DNA of 64,000 nucleotides from contig NC_086097.1 of NCBI RefSeq assembly GCF_963921235.1, forward strand, positions 23,190,001 to 23,254,000, written 5' to 3'. The notes below the pieces were generated by a model. The model had not been told where the DNA came from and did not search any database. It saw only the letters and a program-made list of their open reading frames with translations. Below, one piece after another: positions 23,935 to 36,816 of the stretch. The position numbers and the translations under genes are program-made. Every line of letters starts with the position of its first letter. The first letter of the stretch is position 1. Source of the stretch: Mobula hypostoma (taxonomy: Eukaryota).

Positions 23935-24410
23935 TATGAACATTGATTTCATTAACCTCAGATCATTTCTAATCCCTTCCTCTTCTCTCCTTTTGTATTC
24001 TCCATTCTGGATCCTCTCTTACCCTTGCTCTTCTCTTCACCCGCCCATCACCTCCTTCTCTTTCTCCTATGGTTCACTGTCTTCTCCTATTAGATTCCTT
24101 CGTCTTTAGACCTTTACCTCTTCCACCTATCACCTTCCAGCTACTTACTTCATCCCCCCCCCTTCCCCACCCATCCGCCATCATCCCCTCAACTGGTTTA
24201 CCTATCACCTGCCGGCTGGTACTACTTCTCCTCTCCTCACCTTGTTCCAGCTTCTGCCCCCTTCCTTTACAGTCCTGATGAAGGATTTCAACCTGCAACA
24301 TCGACTGCTTATTCCCCTCCATTGATGATATTTGACCTGCTGAGGTCCTCTAGCATTTTCTTTTGAGTTACTGTGGATTCCCAGCATCTGGAGAATCTCT
24401 TGTGTTTATA
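23935..24410 (+). mobile_element. Penelope-like 3' end with degenerate hammerhead (24270-24307), nested in an old minus-strand CR1 (~23480-24870)
   Basis: GMNIDF, pyrimidine-rich UTR, agtcCTGATGA...GCAA. Confidence 0.8.
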
Positions 24411-24939
24411 TATTGCCATCTAGGTGTGTCTCTTGAAAAAACTTGGTTCCATTGCTCTTGATCACCTCATCCAAATTAGTGATATAGATTGTGAACATCT
24501 GGGGCCCAGCACCAATCCCTGTTCATAGCTTACAATCTCAAAGACGGTTTGTTGGAGTTTTCCCTCCATTAACCAATCCTCGGTCCCTTCGAGTATACTA
24601 CCCAATGTAATCTGCTCAAATTTTCTTTATTAACTTCTTGTGTTACAGGATATCATAGGCCATCTGGAAGTCCAAATACACTGCATCCATTAGTTTATGC
24701 TACTCTATTCTTCTGCTAATGACATCAAAAATGATTTGTCAAACATGACTTTAATAAAGCTATGTTGAGTCTCTCCAATCCCTTTATTATATCCTAAGTG
24801 CTTTGTTACCACATCTTTAATAATTGATTCCAGAATTTGCACTGCTACTAGTCTATGGTTTCCTGTTTGCTCTCCTTCTCATTTTTGAAATAGAATTCCA
24901 TATTTTAAGCAGTGAAAATGTAAACAAGTAGCTAGAACT

Positions 24940-25828
24940 GGAAGAAGATGACGCCAGTGAACAATGTGACCAAGAGCAACACCCTCCAGAAAGTTCATGA
25001 AACTACTTCTTTCACTTCTTTTATTTCTTTTTCTTTCAAATGTGTTCTTCTTTCAAATGTGTTCAAATGTGTTGGAGCTTGTGACCTACATTCTGGTGGC
25101 ACATTTTTGCATCGATTGAGCAATCTGCACTTTGCTGTCTCCGAGGATGTTCTTTGAGGAAGTATAGGGCCTCGAGGCCAAGAAGCCTGGAGACAGGACA
25201 CGAACCCATGATCACCTTTATTTCTCAACAATCAAAGTGCTGAAGAAGAGATTGAAAGCATCGAGGTGTGAGCGGAAGGCGAGTGGGTATTCAGCATCAT
25301 CTCGCTCGCTATTGCCAGAGGAAGTTGTCTGTGTGTGATAGTCTCTTTCTCCATCTCATTCACTACTCCTGCAGCTAGGTCCCTGCATTCAGAAGCTCTC
25401 ACTCTCTCTCTCCCGCGATGCTGTCAGAGGATTCTGCTGGACTTCTAGGTCTCGGGCAAGGTTTAATCAACGCAGTTTGCAGAATGGCCTTTGTAGTTCA
25501 CGTTCTGGTGTGTTTCTGGTTTCTGGCTGCTCCTTTTTTTGTTGCCTTTTTGGGTGATTTTGAATCAGGGCAGCCTGTAGATAACAAATACTGAGCTGAA
25601 CCGAATATGCCTGGACTCTTTTGATTTTGTGTTTCTCGCTCACATTTTTTTTGGTGCTGTTTGCGTGATTTGTTTTTTTTTGAGTGTGAAGGGTGGTTGT
25701 TGTTTTTCTTTGAACAGGTTCCATGATTTTCTTTGTTTTGTGGCTGTCTGTGGGGAAAGATGAAACTCAGGGTTAGATACTACATACATACTTTGATAAT
25801 AAATGTACTTTGAATCTTGAATCTTTGA
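24940..25828 (+). mobile_element. Non-autonomous bipartite element (AAGATG-headed, Rex1-type tail)
   Basis: Starts GAAGAAGATGACGCC, non-coding CpG-containing body, ends gataataaatgtactttgaatcttga. Confidence 0.6.
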
Positions 25829-26292
25829 GGTAAAATTTGTAAGTTGTTGTAACTCTTTCAGAATTGAAATTAATGAACATGCTAATGTGAACAAATTGAA
25901 GCATACCTCTTGGAGCTAATGGTACAAATGATGTGATCTGCATAAAGCTTATGAGAACAGTGTTCATTGTTCCTGGGTGATAGTGCTATGAGTATATTTA
26001 AGTGCTGCATTGGCTTCTGCTCTACTGGCTGCAGCTCCTTGGGAAATGACTTCATTAATCTTCCAGTGTATTTTATTCTGTGCCTGCAGAATGAATAATA
26101 AGGTGCCATTGGAGTGAATGTTTGGAGTGAATGTTTTCAGAAAGGTGACATTGCCTACCTGCAGTTAAACTGATGTTTAAAGCATTGAGTTTTTTGACTC
26201 ATCCTTCTGTTCTCAGCCACAACCTTTGTTCTTCATCCAGAATTCAGTAACCTCCCATAATGTGCTGCATTTATGCAATCTTCATAAAAAGG

Positions 26293-26510
26293 CCATAAGA
26301 CCATAAAATATAGGAGCAGAAGTAGGCCATTTGGCCCATCGATTCTGTTCCACCATTTCATCATGCTGATCCTTTTCCCTCTCAGTCTCAATCTCCTGCC
26401 TTCTCCCTGAAACATTTCAGGCCCTGATCAAGAATCTATCAACCTCTGCCTTAAATATACCCAAGGACTTGGCCCTCCACAGCTACCTGTGGCAGTGAGT
26501 TCCACACAAT
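26293..26510 (-). mobile_element. CR1 3' end
   Basis: ccataagaccataa..taggagcagaagtaggcc terminus. Confidence 0.8.
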
Positions 26511-26657
26511 TCCACAGGCCATCTGGGTAACTGTGGTGTTCTGGTTATTTTAAAGAACTATCAAGATAATTCCACTTTAAAGAGTCACTTAATTCTCTTT
26601 CAAAATTTACTTCTGAACCTTTTTGTGCTATGTTTTCACATAGTACTCTCCAGACCA

Positions 26658-27262
26658 GAACAACACTCACAAAATGCTGGAGGAACTCAACAGGTCAGGC
26701 AACAGCCATGGAGAGGAATAAACAGTCAACATTTCAGGCTGAGACTCTTCATCAAGACTGGAAAGAAGGAGGGAAGGAACCCCCTTCCTTTTCAGTTCTT
26801 CTTCCATCTTCTCCCTTCCTTTCCAAATCAAGAATCAAGTTTAATATCGCTGGTATAGGTTGCGAAATTTGTTGTTACGTGGCTGCGGTACATTGCAATA
26901 TATAATGTTAAAATGTAAATTACAGTAAGAAATATATATATATATTTAAAAACTTAAATTAAGTGGTGCAAAAAGAGAAAAAAATAGTATCGATGTGGTG
27001 TTCATGAACTCAATGTCCATTCAAAAATCTCTTGGCAGAGGGGAAGAAGCTATTCCTGTTCCTTCGGGCTCCTGTACCTCCTCCCTGATGGTAGCAATGA
27101 GAAGAGGGTGCGTCCTGGGTGATGGGGACACCTGATGAAGGGTCTTGGCCTGAAATGTTGACTGTTCATTCTCCTCCATGGATATTGCCTGACCTGCTCA
27201 GTTCCTCCGATGTTTTGTGTGTGTTACTCTGGATTTCCAGCATCTGTAGAATCTCTTGTGCT
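26658..27262. mobile_element. Two oppositely oriented Penelope terminal units (26658-26780 minus; 27131-27262 plus) around a Rex1 tail
   Basis: Hammerhead-like motifs at 26723-26760 (-) and 27131-27164 (+). Confidence 0.75.
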
Positions 27263-27864
27263 CAAGATCAGAAACTTGTTCAACATGAAAAGTATTCTCT
27301 TCACCTACACCTGTATTGCTGTAACCAATTATTATCAATGTATCTGCTCTGTTAATGAAACTCTGTCCATAAAAGCATTTTCTCCCTGTCTGGTTTGATC
27401 AAAGCCCTACGTAATTCTGAACAGGATCTATTCATTTTTCCTACACACTTCTTAGCTGTGAAAACAATTGCATTTTCCCCTGATGAAAGCAACCAGAAGA
27501 ACTATAGTTTCTGTCTGAGAAATTTGCTGGAGGCATTGCTTGCTCTGGAGAGACCTGACAGTGGCACTTGAATAAAATTTTTATACAAATCAGAATGATT
27601 AAAAATGGTAGTCCTGAATGTTATGCAGACATGTAGTAGCCATTTGGCAAATGAAACCGCTTTGTGTAGAAACGTTTTAATCAAGAATGACATCTACGCA
27701 TTCATGCTGGTCTCTGTGTGTTCATGCAGGCACTGAAGGATTTTTGATTGTCCTGTGAGAAAGTGATAGTAGATGGTGTCACCAGAATTGTTTTGAGCCA
27801 CATAACTTGATGTGGTAGCAAGCAAGGGCACTCCCACGTAGAGAAGAAGCAAAGACGGAGTTAC

Positions 27865-28200
27865 AGAACAGGCCCCTCTGCCCACCTCGTCTGTGCCCAG
27901 CTATTATTCTACCTTGTCCCGTTGACCTACACCTGGACCAGAGCCCTCCATCCCACTCCCGCCCATGGACTTTGCCAAACTTCTCTTAAATGTTGCATTC
28001 GAACCTGCATCCACCTCTTCCACTGACAGCTCATTCCACACTCTTATGACCATCTGAGTGAAAAAGTTCCCACTCATGTTCCCTTTAAACATTTCACCTT
28101 TCACCCTAAACCTATGAACTTTAGTTTCAGTTTCACCAGCATCAGGAGAATAAGCCTGCTTGCATTTACCCTGTATCTACTCCTCATAATTCTGTATATT
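27865..28200 (-). mobile_element. CR1 3' fragment
   Basis: GNFFTQ.V.RVWNEL coding. Confidence 0.8.
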
Positions 28201-28229
28201 TTCACAATTTTATATCCTTTCGTATATCC

Positions 28230-28603
28230 ACCCAGCCAACAGACTTTTTGTCCCTCTTCCCTCTGGAAGAAGGCTCAGGAGCTTGAAGACTCATATGGCC
28301 AGATTTGGGAACAGCTTCTTTCCAACTGTGATAAGACTGCTGAACGGATCCTGACCCGGATCTGGGCCATAACCTCCAAATATCTGGACCTGCCTCTCGG
28401 TTTTTTTGCACTACCTTACTTCCCATTTTTCTATTTTCTATTTATGATTTATAATTTAAAGTTTTAATATTTACTAATTTTAACTATTTTTAATATTTTT
28501 AATATTTAATATTTGTAATCCAGGGAGTGTGAGCGCGGATTCAAATATCGCTGTAATGATTGTACGTTCTAGTACTAATTGTTTGGCGACAATAAAGTAT
28601 AAA
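28230..28603 (+). mobile_element. Young Rex1 3' fragment with (AAGTATA)n tail and probable TSD
   Basis: HPANRLFVPLPSGRRLRSLKT..ARFGNSFFP coding; GTATATCC on both sides. Confidence 0.8.
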
Positions 28604-29104
28604 GTATATCCCCCACACAGACTATCACTCTCACCTCTAAATTGATAAGATGTCTCTCTCTCAGGAGAATTAAATGAAGAGCAACACACAAAATGCTGGA
28701 GGAACTGAGAAGGTCTGGCAGCAAAAGGAAGTCTCTACGACTCCATCAGTTCTTTCTGAGGATAGAATCCCCTTTTCTGTGTTCAGCTTTTGCTTTGTCT
28801 TTCTAACCTTGAAAGAGAGAGTTGGGAGGTAGGTGGGCAATCTGCTCCCAACCATCTGTGATATTACTGCTCTCCATCTGCATCAGTTACAGGTTTTTCC
28901 TCTTTACTTTGATCAAGGGAGCACCAACCTCTAATTGCCTGCAATGAATGAGCTACTCAGCCCTTGATCTATTGAGACAGTGTGCTTGACCGTGGTTTCT
29001 GACTGCCTTGTGCAATTTTCTTCTCAATATCTCAATGGCTTTTCAGAAAGTTGGTTTAGAAAGCTTGTAGTATAAAAAGGTTCTATTTAATCCCATCTAC
29101 AAAA

Positions 29105-30045
29105 GGTCTACACAAAAGACTGCAGAAGGTGGTAGTCCATCACAGGCAAAGTCCTCCCATCAATGAGTACACTTACATGGAGTGCTGCTACAAGAAAGCA
29201 GTATTCATCATCCAGGCCATTGGGCAGGAGGTGCAGAACCTTTTGGTCTTACACCACCTGCTTCAGGAACATTTATTGCACTACAATCATAAGGCTCCTG
29301 AACCGAAATGGAAAACTTCAATCACCACTACTCTGAACTGATTCCACAACTACAAACACACCTTCAAGGTCTCTACATCTCAAATTCTCAATATTATTTA
29401 TTTGTCTTTATTCACACTATTTGCCTTCTTTTGCACATTGGTTGTCTGTCACTCCTTGTTTGTGTATGTTTATTTTTCATAAATTCTATTGTATTTCTTC
29501 ATTTTACTGTAAACTATTGAGCACATCTACACAGAGTGTTGACCCAGGAAAACAGCATCTATTATCAGGGACCCCCACCACACAGGTCATGCTTTCCTCT
29601 CACTAGTGCTATCAGAAAGAAGGTACAGGAGCCTTATGACCTCACCACCAGGTTCAGGAACAATTACTGCCCTTCAACCAGTGGGCTCCTGAACCAAAAG
29701 GGATAACTTCACTCATTTTCACTTGCCCCACCTTTGATATGTTCCCACAACCTATGGACTCACTTTCTTGGACTCTTCAGCTCATGTTCTTGATATTTAT
29801 TACTTATTTACTAATTTTTTTTTGTTCTGTTTATTGTCTTTTGTCCAGTTGGTGCAGCCTTTCATTGATTTTGTTACAGTTATTGGATTTATTGAGCAAG
29901 AAAATGAATCTCAGGGCTGTATATGGTGACATATATGTACTTCGATAATAAAATTTACTCCGAACTTTGAAATGCCCACAAGAAAATGAATTTCAGGGTT
30001 GGATATGGTAACATATATATACTTTGATAATAAGTTTACTTTGAC
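29105..30045 (+). mobile_element. Two nested Rex1 3' fragments
   Basis: Two successive T.R.RN.Y coding remnants and two gataataa..tttact tails. Confidence 0.7.
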
Positions 30046-30375
30046 TAATTACACTTATTAAGCACTGGAACAAGATTTTAGAAGTGGGGTTCAAAACGTG
30101 TACACTTCCACATTGTGTGTAGTAGAATCTATGGTGTGTAATCCCAATGTGGCAAAGTGGCTTAAATTGGACTAGTGAGTCAGAAGTCCAGTAGCCCTAG
30201 CTGGGTCACCTACATTAGTAACATCAGAGGAAGATACTAGGCAAGCAGTGACCCAACTCTGAGACCTCTGTGGCAGGTCAGGTGAGCTCAACTTCCTGGT
30301 GAAGACTTCCCTAACCGATCAGGTACCAGGGTCAATGCCATAATAAATGAAGTAGAAAATTTCAAAGTATATATA

Positions 30376-30909
30376 CAATACTCTGTAAAAGTCTTAGGCA
30401 CATAACTAGGGTGCTGAAAACTTTTTCACAATACTGTAGTGATTTTATGTATTGCACTGTAGTGCTTCCACAAAACAACAAATTTCATGACATGAGTGAT
30501 GATAATCCTGATTCTGATATGGGTCTCTATTGTGGACTGGGTGTGAAAAGTGAGCAGGGAGAAGGGAATCATGTTTGGGGAAAAAGGGAAAGTAGAGGGG
30601 AGGGAGCGGGAAGCATCAGAGAGACATTCTATAATGATCAGTAACCAACCGTTTGGAATCAAGTGACCTTGCCTGACGTCTTAGGGTTGGGTGTGTCTGT
30701 ACCCACACCACTCCCGCCTCCCTGCTCCTGACACTCCTTCTGTGCCACCTGTCCCACACCCCTCCTGAAGTGCTCCATCCTCACCATTCTCAACATCCTT
30801 GCTCCCTCCAGATTTACACACTCACTCTCTGCTCAACATTGACTGTGCTGTGCAAAAGTCTTATGCACCCTAGCTGTTTACATGTCCTGAAGACTTCTGC
30901 ACAGGGCTG
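30376..30909. mobile_element. Composite Tc1/mariner-type MITE with palindromic ~60-bp ends
   Basis: CAGTACTGTGCAAAAGTCTTAGGCAC-like hairpins at 30376-30436 and 30843-30909; interior repeated at ~34810-35150 on minus. Confidence 0.6.
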
Positions 30910-33289
30910 GATGTCACCACGTAATACTCAGAGATTAATTTACTTGCAGGTATTTGCAGTAGATACAAAGAAACACAACAGAATCAATGAAAAACTACAC
31001 ACAACAAAGATGGACAAACAAACAATGTACAAAAGAAGACAACATGTGCAAATATATAAATAAATAAGTAAATAAATAATACTGAGAACGTGAATTGTAG
31101 AATCCTTGAAAGTGAGTCCATAGATTATGGAATTTGTTCAGTCTTTAGGTGAGTAACATTGTTTTCCAGGATTGACTTTAAACTGTGGGAAGTTGGAATT
31201 ACAGAACAGCAACCTCAAAATTAAACATGGAAAGATCTTGGAAAAAAAATCATTTTTTTGTTATAATATGGGAGGAGCATTACTGCCTGGTATGGAAACA
31301 CCAATGCCCAAGAATGGAGAAGCCTACAAAAAGCAGTGGATACTGCCCAATCCATCACAGGAAAAGCCCTTCCCATCGTTGAGCATATCTACAAGGAGAT
31401 ACCACACCACCAGGTTCAGGAACAGTTATTACTCTTCAGCCACCAGACTCCTGATCCACTTTGGTTCTGGACTTCCAATTGACCTACAGACTTCGGTCTG
31501 TATTTTTGACTCCCGGACTGGCTGATGATGGGACCCCGAACTCCAGGCTGGCACTCTAGGTGTGCCGACTCTCCAGCCCTCCGGCTTCGATTGGGGGACC
31601 CACCGACCTGGGACAGCCTGACATCCACAGATGCCCTTCGTCACCCACGCCCGTTGGCCTTCGAATGCGGAGCGTGGAGCTGAGATCTGGACTTCAGCTG
31701 TCTTTTATCACCCATCCCCCGTGCTAGATGGGGATGGTTTGAGGCAGCATACTAAAGATAGAATGCTAGAGGATTCAGACTTGCACACCCAATTCCTTTA
31801 CTGGAAGGCTTATTGCTTGAAGTCAGTGTAGTTGTCACATTCCATTGTTATTTATCTCACGTAGACGTTGTAAATATCAGCGTACATGGCATTGGAAGGT
31901 TCTTCTTGTCCCTTGCAGCAGAGCCCCAACGGCACATTGACCTGCATTCTCATTACATTGACAATCTGTCTGGTTTGAGTACCTTTGATTCTCTGATGTT
32001 CAAAAGAGAACATCAGCTAATAAGCTCAGTATCGCAAAGAATTTGTCATTGGAAAGGTGGCATTTGAGGACAGGATTGTTTAATTTTTTTCCAAAACAAA
32101 TGGCATAGTAAAATGTAAACTGACAGAATAAGTGCTTTCAAAGCCTTTGCAAACAGTTTAGAAGAAAACCTAAGCCATCAAGATAACTTTTCATTACATC
32201 ACTTTTCTCCTAGTCGGTAACCGTGCCCCTTTTTAATAATTTAGACAGCTACTCGATCGAGAATAATTTTCAGTTTTGAATTTTCACATGAATTTTCATC
32301 GTGGCTGATCCTGTTGTAAAAATTCATGGGACAAGACCTTTTAGATCGCTCCTGATTGGTATTTGAATTATGAATGAACTGCCTGAGTATCTACATGGCA
32401 GGGAGACAGAAGAGAGGCCATGATTTGTTTCACGTTATTTCTGCCAAACAGTTAATGGTAAAATGCAAGAGATGAGAAATAATGCTTAAATAGACTTTAC
32501 AAACGCAGGAAGCTGCTACGTTTGGAGCCCGTCAGTAGGACTCCAGAGATGGAGAAAATGTGTAATCCTGCTGCCAAGAGGCACTCATTGATGCCAGTAC
32601 TGATTAACTGAAGGTTGGTTTCAGAGCAGTGGTTTCAAAATTTTGCAATTATTTAAATAAAGAGACCAGGCATGTCATGGGATTTAAAATGTACATCAAA
32701 AAATATCTTGCATTTCGTGATAAGCAAATCAACCATAGAACTCTGGGCTGATTAGTCTCTTTTCTAATACAAACATTGCATTTGGGATTGGTGAGGGAAA
32801 ACATAAAGGTGAAAATCATGGAGAAAATAAATTGCAGTTCAGAGTAACACGCAAAGTGCTGGAGGAACTCAGCAGGTCAGCCAGCATCTAGGGAAAGGGA
32901 GCAAGAGTCAATGTTTTGGGCCGAGGCCCTTTATCAGGACACATCCCCGTTGAATAGCTTCAATCCTTCCCCTCCTCGTCCCTTGCCTTTCACTGCAGCA
33001 TGCACGATGGAGTCGGAGTTCTTACTTTCAGCCATGCCATTCCATGCTTTGTGGCGAGAAAAAACAATTAACGTTTCAGATCTGGAAGTTGTCATCAGAA
33101 CTGGAAAACAATTAATGCAAGTTTGTTTTTAATAATGGAGAAAGAGAGGGAGATTGACGGGGTTTAAGCCCAAGGATGTACTTTCAAGCTACTTGGTTCC
33201 CTGTAGGTCCAATCAAAATTGGAGGCTCATGCTGTACAAACAATATACTAGAGTGCATTACACTTTCTGAGTTTATATTTTATTTTTAT

Positions 33290-34110
33290 TTAGAGATACA
33301 GCACAGTAGCAGCCTTTACAGCCCAAGGCCACCCAATTATACCCATGTCACAAATTAACTACTACTACTACGTCGACTCAGGCTCAGGGGGCCGGCGTCG
33401 GGCACGATGACGGACTCTCCACTTCTCCCTCTCCCTCATCAGTGTGTTCAGTTCATCTACATTAGCTGCGCCGCTGTCTTCTAGGAGCATGTTGACCGTA
33501 GTCTTGGGAGGGCGCCCAGGGTTCATCCCCCCGTGCTTGGGCTCCCATATGATGACTAGGCTGGCAGGTAGCTCGGGGTGGCGTAGACGGTGCCCCGCTA
33601 GTTGCAGTCTTCTTCTCGCCTCGATTTTAGTGGAGAGCATCAGTAGGTTGTTACAGAGCTCGACGTTCGTCATGTGCTGTTGCCAACTCACGTCAAGAGC
33701 CATCCGGAGCATTCGTGTATAGCAACCATCTAGAGACTTTCGCATCGTCTTGGTGAGTGTCCATGTCTCGTATCCGTACGTGAGAATGGACTCTATGACT
33801 GCTATGAAAATCCTCTTTTTAAGCCCTCTGGTCAGGTTCGACTTCCAGATTTCTTTCATGTCGTTCATAGCCCTCTACGTAGCGCCTTCTGTATCTTTAT
33901 GTCCTTCTCCGAACTCATCATTCTTGACCCGAGGTACTAATTAACCTACCCATCCATATACGTGTGGAACGTGGGAGGGAACTTCAGCACCCAGAGGAAC
34001 CCCATGCGGTCACGGGGAGAATGTACATCGTCATTTACAGACTGCAGCAGGAACTCAACCCAGGTCGCTGGCACTCTAAAACATTATGCTAACTGCTACT
34101 CTACTGCACT
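33290..34110 (-). mobile_element. V-SINE split by an RTE insertion
   Basis: Tail part 33290-33360; V core and tRNA head 33939-34110. Confidence 0.75.
33360..33938 (-). mobile_element. Young 5'-truncated RTE-clade LINE
   Basis: 166-aa open frame IESILTYG.ETWTLT...LDGCYTRMLR..AGH..RH...GRP; YLGS upstream; (TAG)n tail; TSD-like AATTAAC(C)TAC. Confidence 0.9.
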
Positions 34111-34177
34111 GCCCCATTAGAACGGAACAGGCCTGCCAACTGCAGTTGTACTATGAAATACAGGCGGAGAATGAAGG

Positions 34178-34600
34178 GTCCTGATGAATGTCTCGGCCCA
34201 AAATGTCGACTGTTTATTCTTCTCCGTAGATTCTGCCTGACTTGCTGAGTTGCTCCCGGGTTTTGTGTTTGTTACTATAGAACGATTAGCCCCAGGAGTC
34301 CATGGTGTTGACTCCAAATGTGTGGCATCCATTGTCATAAGGAAAAATGTGGACAAGAAAGCTCTTCTGGACCATACCTGCACACAGATTGTCGCAAACC
34401 CGATCTTGCAGGAAAGACCAGCGCCATTGTGACTTGACACACTGACCTTTACCTGGCAGAGGGCAGAAGGCAGCTCTGAGATTCTGCAGATGATGGAAAT
34501 CTTGAGCAACACACACAAAATGCTGGAGGAACTCAGCAGGTCAAGCAGCATCTCTGGAGAAGAATAAACAAAAATCGATGTCTCGGGCCAAGATGCGCAT
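34178..34600. repeat. Inverted pair of Penelope terminal units
   Basis: 34178-34280 plus and 34478-34600 minus are reverse-complementary copies. Confidence 0.75.
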
Positions 34601-35309
34601 TAACTTTATTTTTTAACCTAGTCCTTTATTCTGTATAATTGTTGAATGTTGTTGTTTGTAGCACCAACATACCACAGCAAATTCCTAACACATGTAAATG
34701 TACATAGCAAATCAAGCTGATTCTTGATCCTTGATCAGTCCTGAATGGGTTGATGGCTGATGAAGGGTCATGAACTTTTGATATTTCCCTCCACAGATTA
34801 ATATGTACTGTGTCCCTGTACTGTGGGAACAAAGGATCTTGGGAATGGTGAGGGGTGGAGCACTGCGTGAGGGGTGTGGGGTAGGTGGCAGAGAAGGAGT
34901 GCCGGGGGCATGGGGTTGATGTGGTTGAGACACGAGGCCAGGTCATTTGATTCTCAACAATTAGCTTATTGATCATTATAGAATGCCTCTCTGGTGCTTC
35001 CTGCTCCCTTTCCTCTTCCTTCCGCTTTTCCCAACCATGATTAACCTCTCCCTGCCCCCTTCCCACTCCCAGTCCAAAATAGAGACCCATATCAAAATCA
35101 GGCTTATCATCACTCACATATGTCATGGAATTTGTGTTTTTGTTTTGTGGCAGCAGGATGATAGCCAGAGTATTGTATGATACTGTCAACAAACAATGTA
35201 GGATATTCTCAAAAGAGATCTTACAGCTCCAAAGTAGGCAGCCAAGAGCCACTGTAAACCATCAGTGACAGCAGGAATGTACACCGCAGCATGATGTGCA
35301 GTGGAACAT

Positions 35310-35635
35310 GGGGTGGCATTCTTAGCGTAGGGTTTCGCCCCATCATTTTACAACACCAGCGATCACCGATTGGGGCTTGATTCCCACCGCTGCCTGTAAA
35401 GAGTTTTCACGTTCTCCCTGTGACCACGTGGGCTTCCTCCTGATGCTGCAGTTTCCTCCCACGTTCCAAAGATGTACGGTTAGACTAAGTTGTGAGCATG
35501 CTGTGTTGGCACCAGAAGTGTGGCGGCACTTGCAGTCCACCTCCAGCACATCCTCACTAACTTGATTTGATGCAAACGACGCATTTCACTTTGTGCTTTC
35601 AGATGTGGCAGATAAAGCTGATCTTTAATCTACTT
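35310..35635 (+). mobile_element. V-SINE
   Basis: Degenerate B-box and GGAGTTT..ACGTTCTCCCTGTGACCACGTGGG-type core. Confidence 0.75.
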
Positions 35636-36816
35636 TGTGGCCGTGTGTGACCCTCACCATACAATTGCAGGAGCAGCTAGTGGTCGCCTGGGTTCCTCTG
35701 ACTTGGATGGAAGAGAATTGCGGTCGCAGCCTGGGGAACCCATAAAAATGTGGTGCCAACATCTGTCAAAGTGCAACGTGGAAACTCATGCATGTTCAAG
35801 CGCAAAAAGAACATGCAATAGACAGAGCTAGGTGATCACATAGCCAAGAGATCAGTTCAAATTTCAGTACCTCTCATAGTGAATGCTAGCAGACAATAAA
35901 TCAATTATCTGCAGGATAAAAAAACAGAGAATACAGGAAGCATTCAGCAAAGATTGTAGGACCAGGCAGAATTCCAGCCGTAGTACTGAAGTCCTGTGCT
36001 CCAGAACTGGTTGTGTCTGTAGTTAAGTGTTCCAGTCCAGTTACAACGTTGGTAATCTGTTTGACAGTAGAAAATTGCCCAGGTCCATCGTGTGGGTAGG
36101 AAGCAGGGCACATTGTCACCCTGTCATTCTACTCCTAATCACCAACAAAGTGATGGAAGTGGTTCTCAACAGCACTATTAAATGACACTTAATCTCCAAT
36201 AATCTGCTCATCGAAGCTGGCAAGCCCAGAGTCGGAGGCCCAAAGGAGTTACCGGGGTCAGAGGTCAGTGTGAGTCTGGAAATTGAGGCCTGAAGGTCAA
36301 GCCCATAATCAGCGCACTCTGGAGTTTAGGGCCGAACAGAAGTTGGGGGAGTCTGATGTTGGAGACCCAATGGTTGCAAGTCTGAGAGCCCAGAGCCAAG
36401 GACTGGAGGCCTGAAGGTGGCCTGTCCTGGTGTTTGAGGCCTGTATATGCGTGTGAGTGGGTGAGAAGGTGAGAAGCAGGCTTGCTCTGCTGTTTTTGTC
36501 TTGTTTTCTTGTTGCTGTTGTTGCTGCTGCTTGTGCTGTCCTGTTGAGAATTGTGGACATGCTGTGTCGGCGTCAGAATGTGTGGCGGCCCTTGCGGGCT
36601 GGCCCCAGCACAGGTGTGTTCATTGTTAATGCAAACAAAGTATTTCTGTGATCTTCGATTTGTTTTGAACTGTATGTTTTGGTGTACATGAGATAACTCT
36701 GAATCACTAGTGCTCATTTTGGGTTTTGCCAGAGCCTCTCAGCTAAAAATTTCATTCCTTGATTCAAACACAGGCCACCGTTAGGGAAGAAGTGAGGCAG
36801 GGCAGGTGAGGTCCAT

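Noticed and set aside
31865..32067. Assigning an LRR gene name (LRRCC1-like) to this frame
   Set aside because: Resemblance covers only a few residues and lacks the conserved Asn; insufficient without a search
34626..35252. 208-aa minus-strand ORF
   Set aside because: Runs across several unrelated repeat fragments; no domain signal
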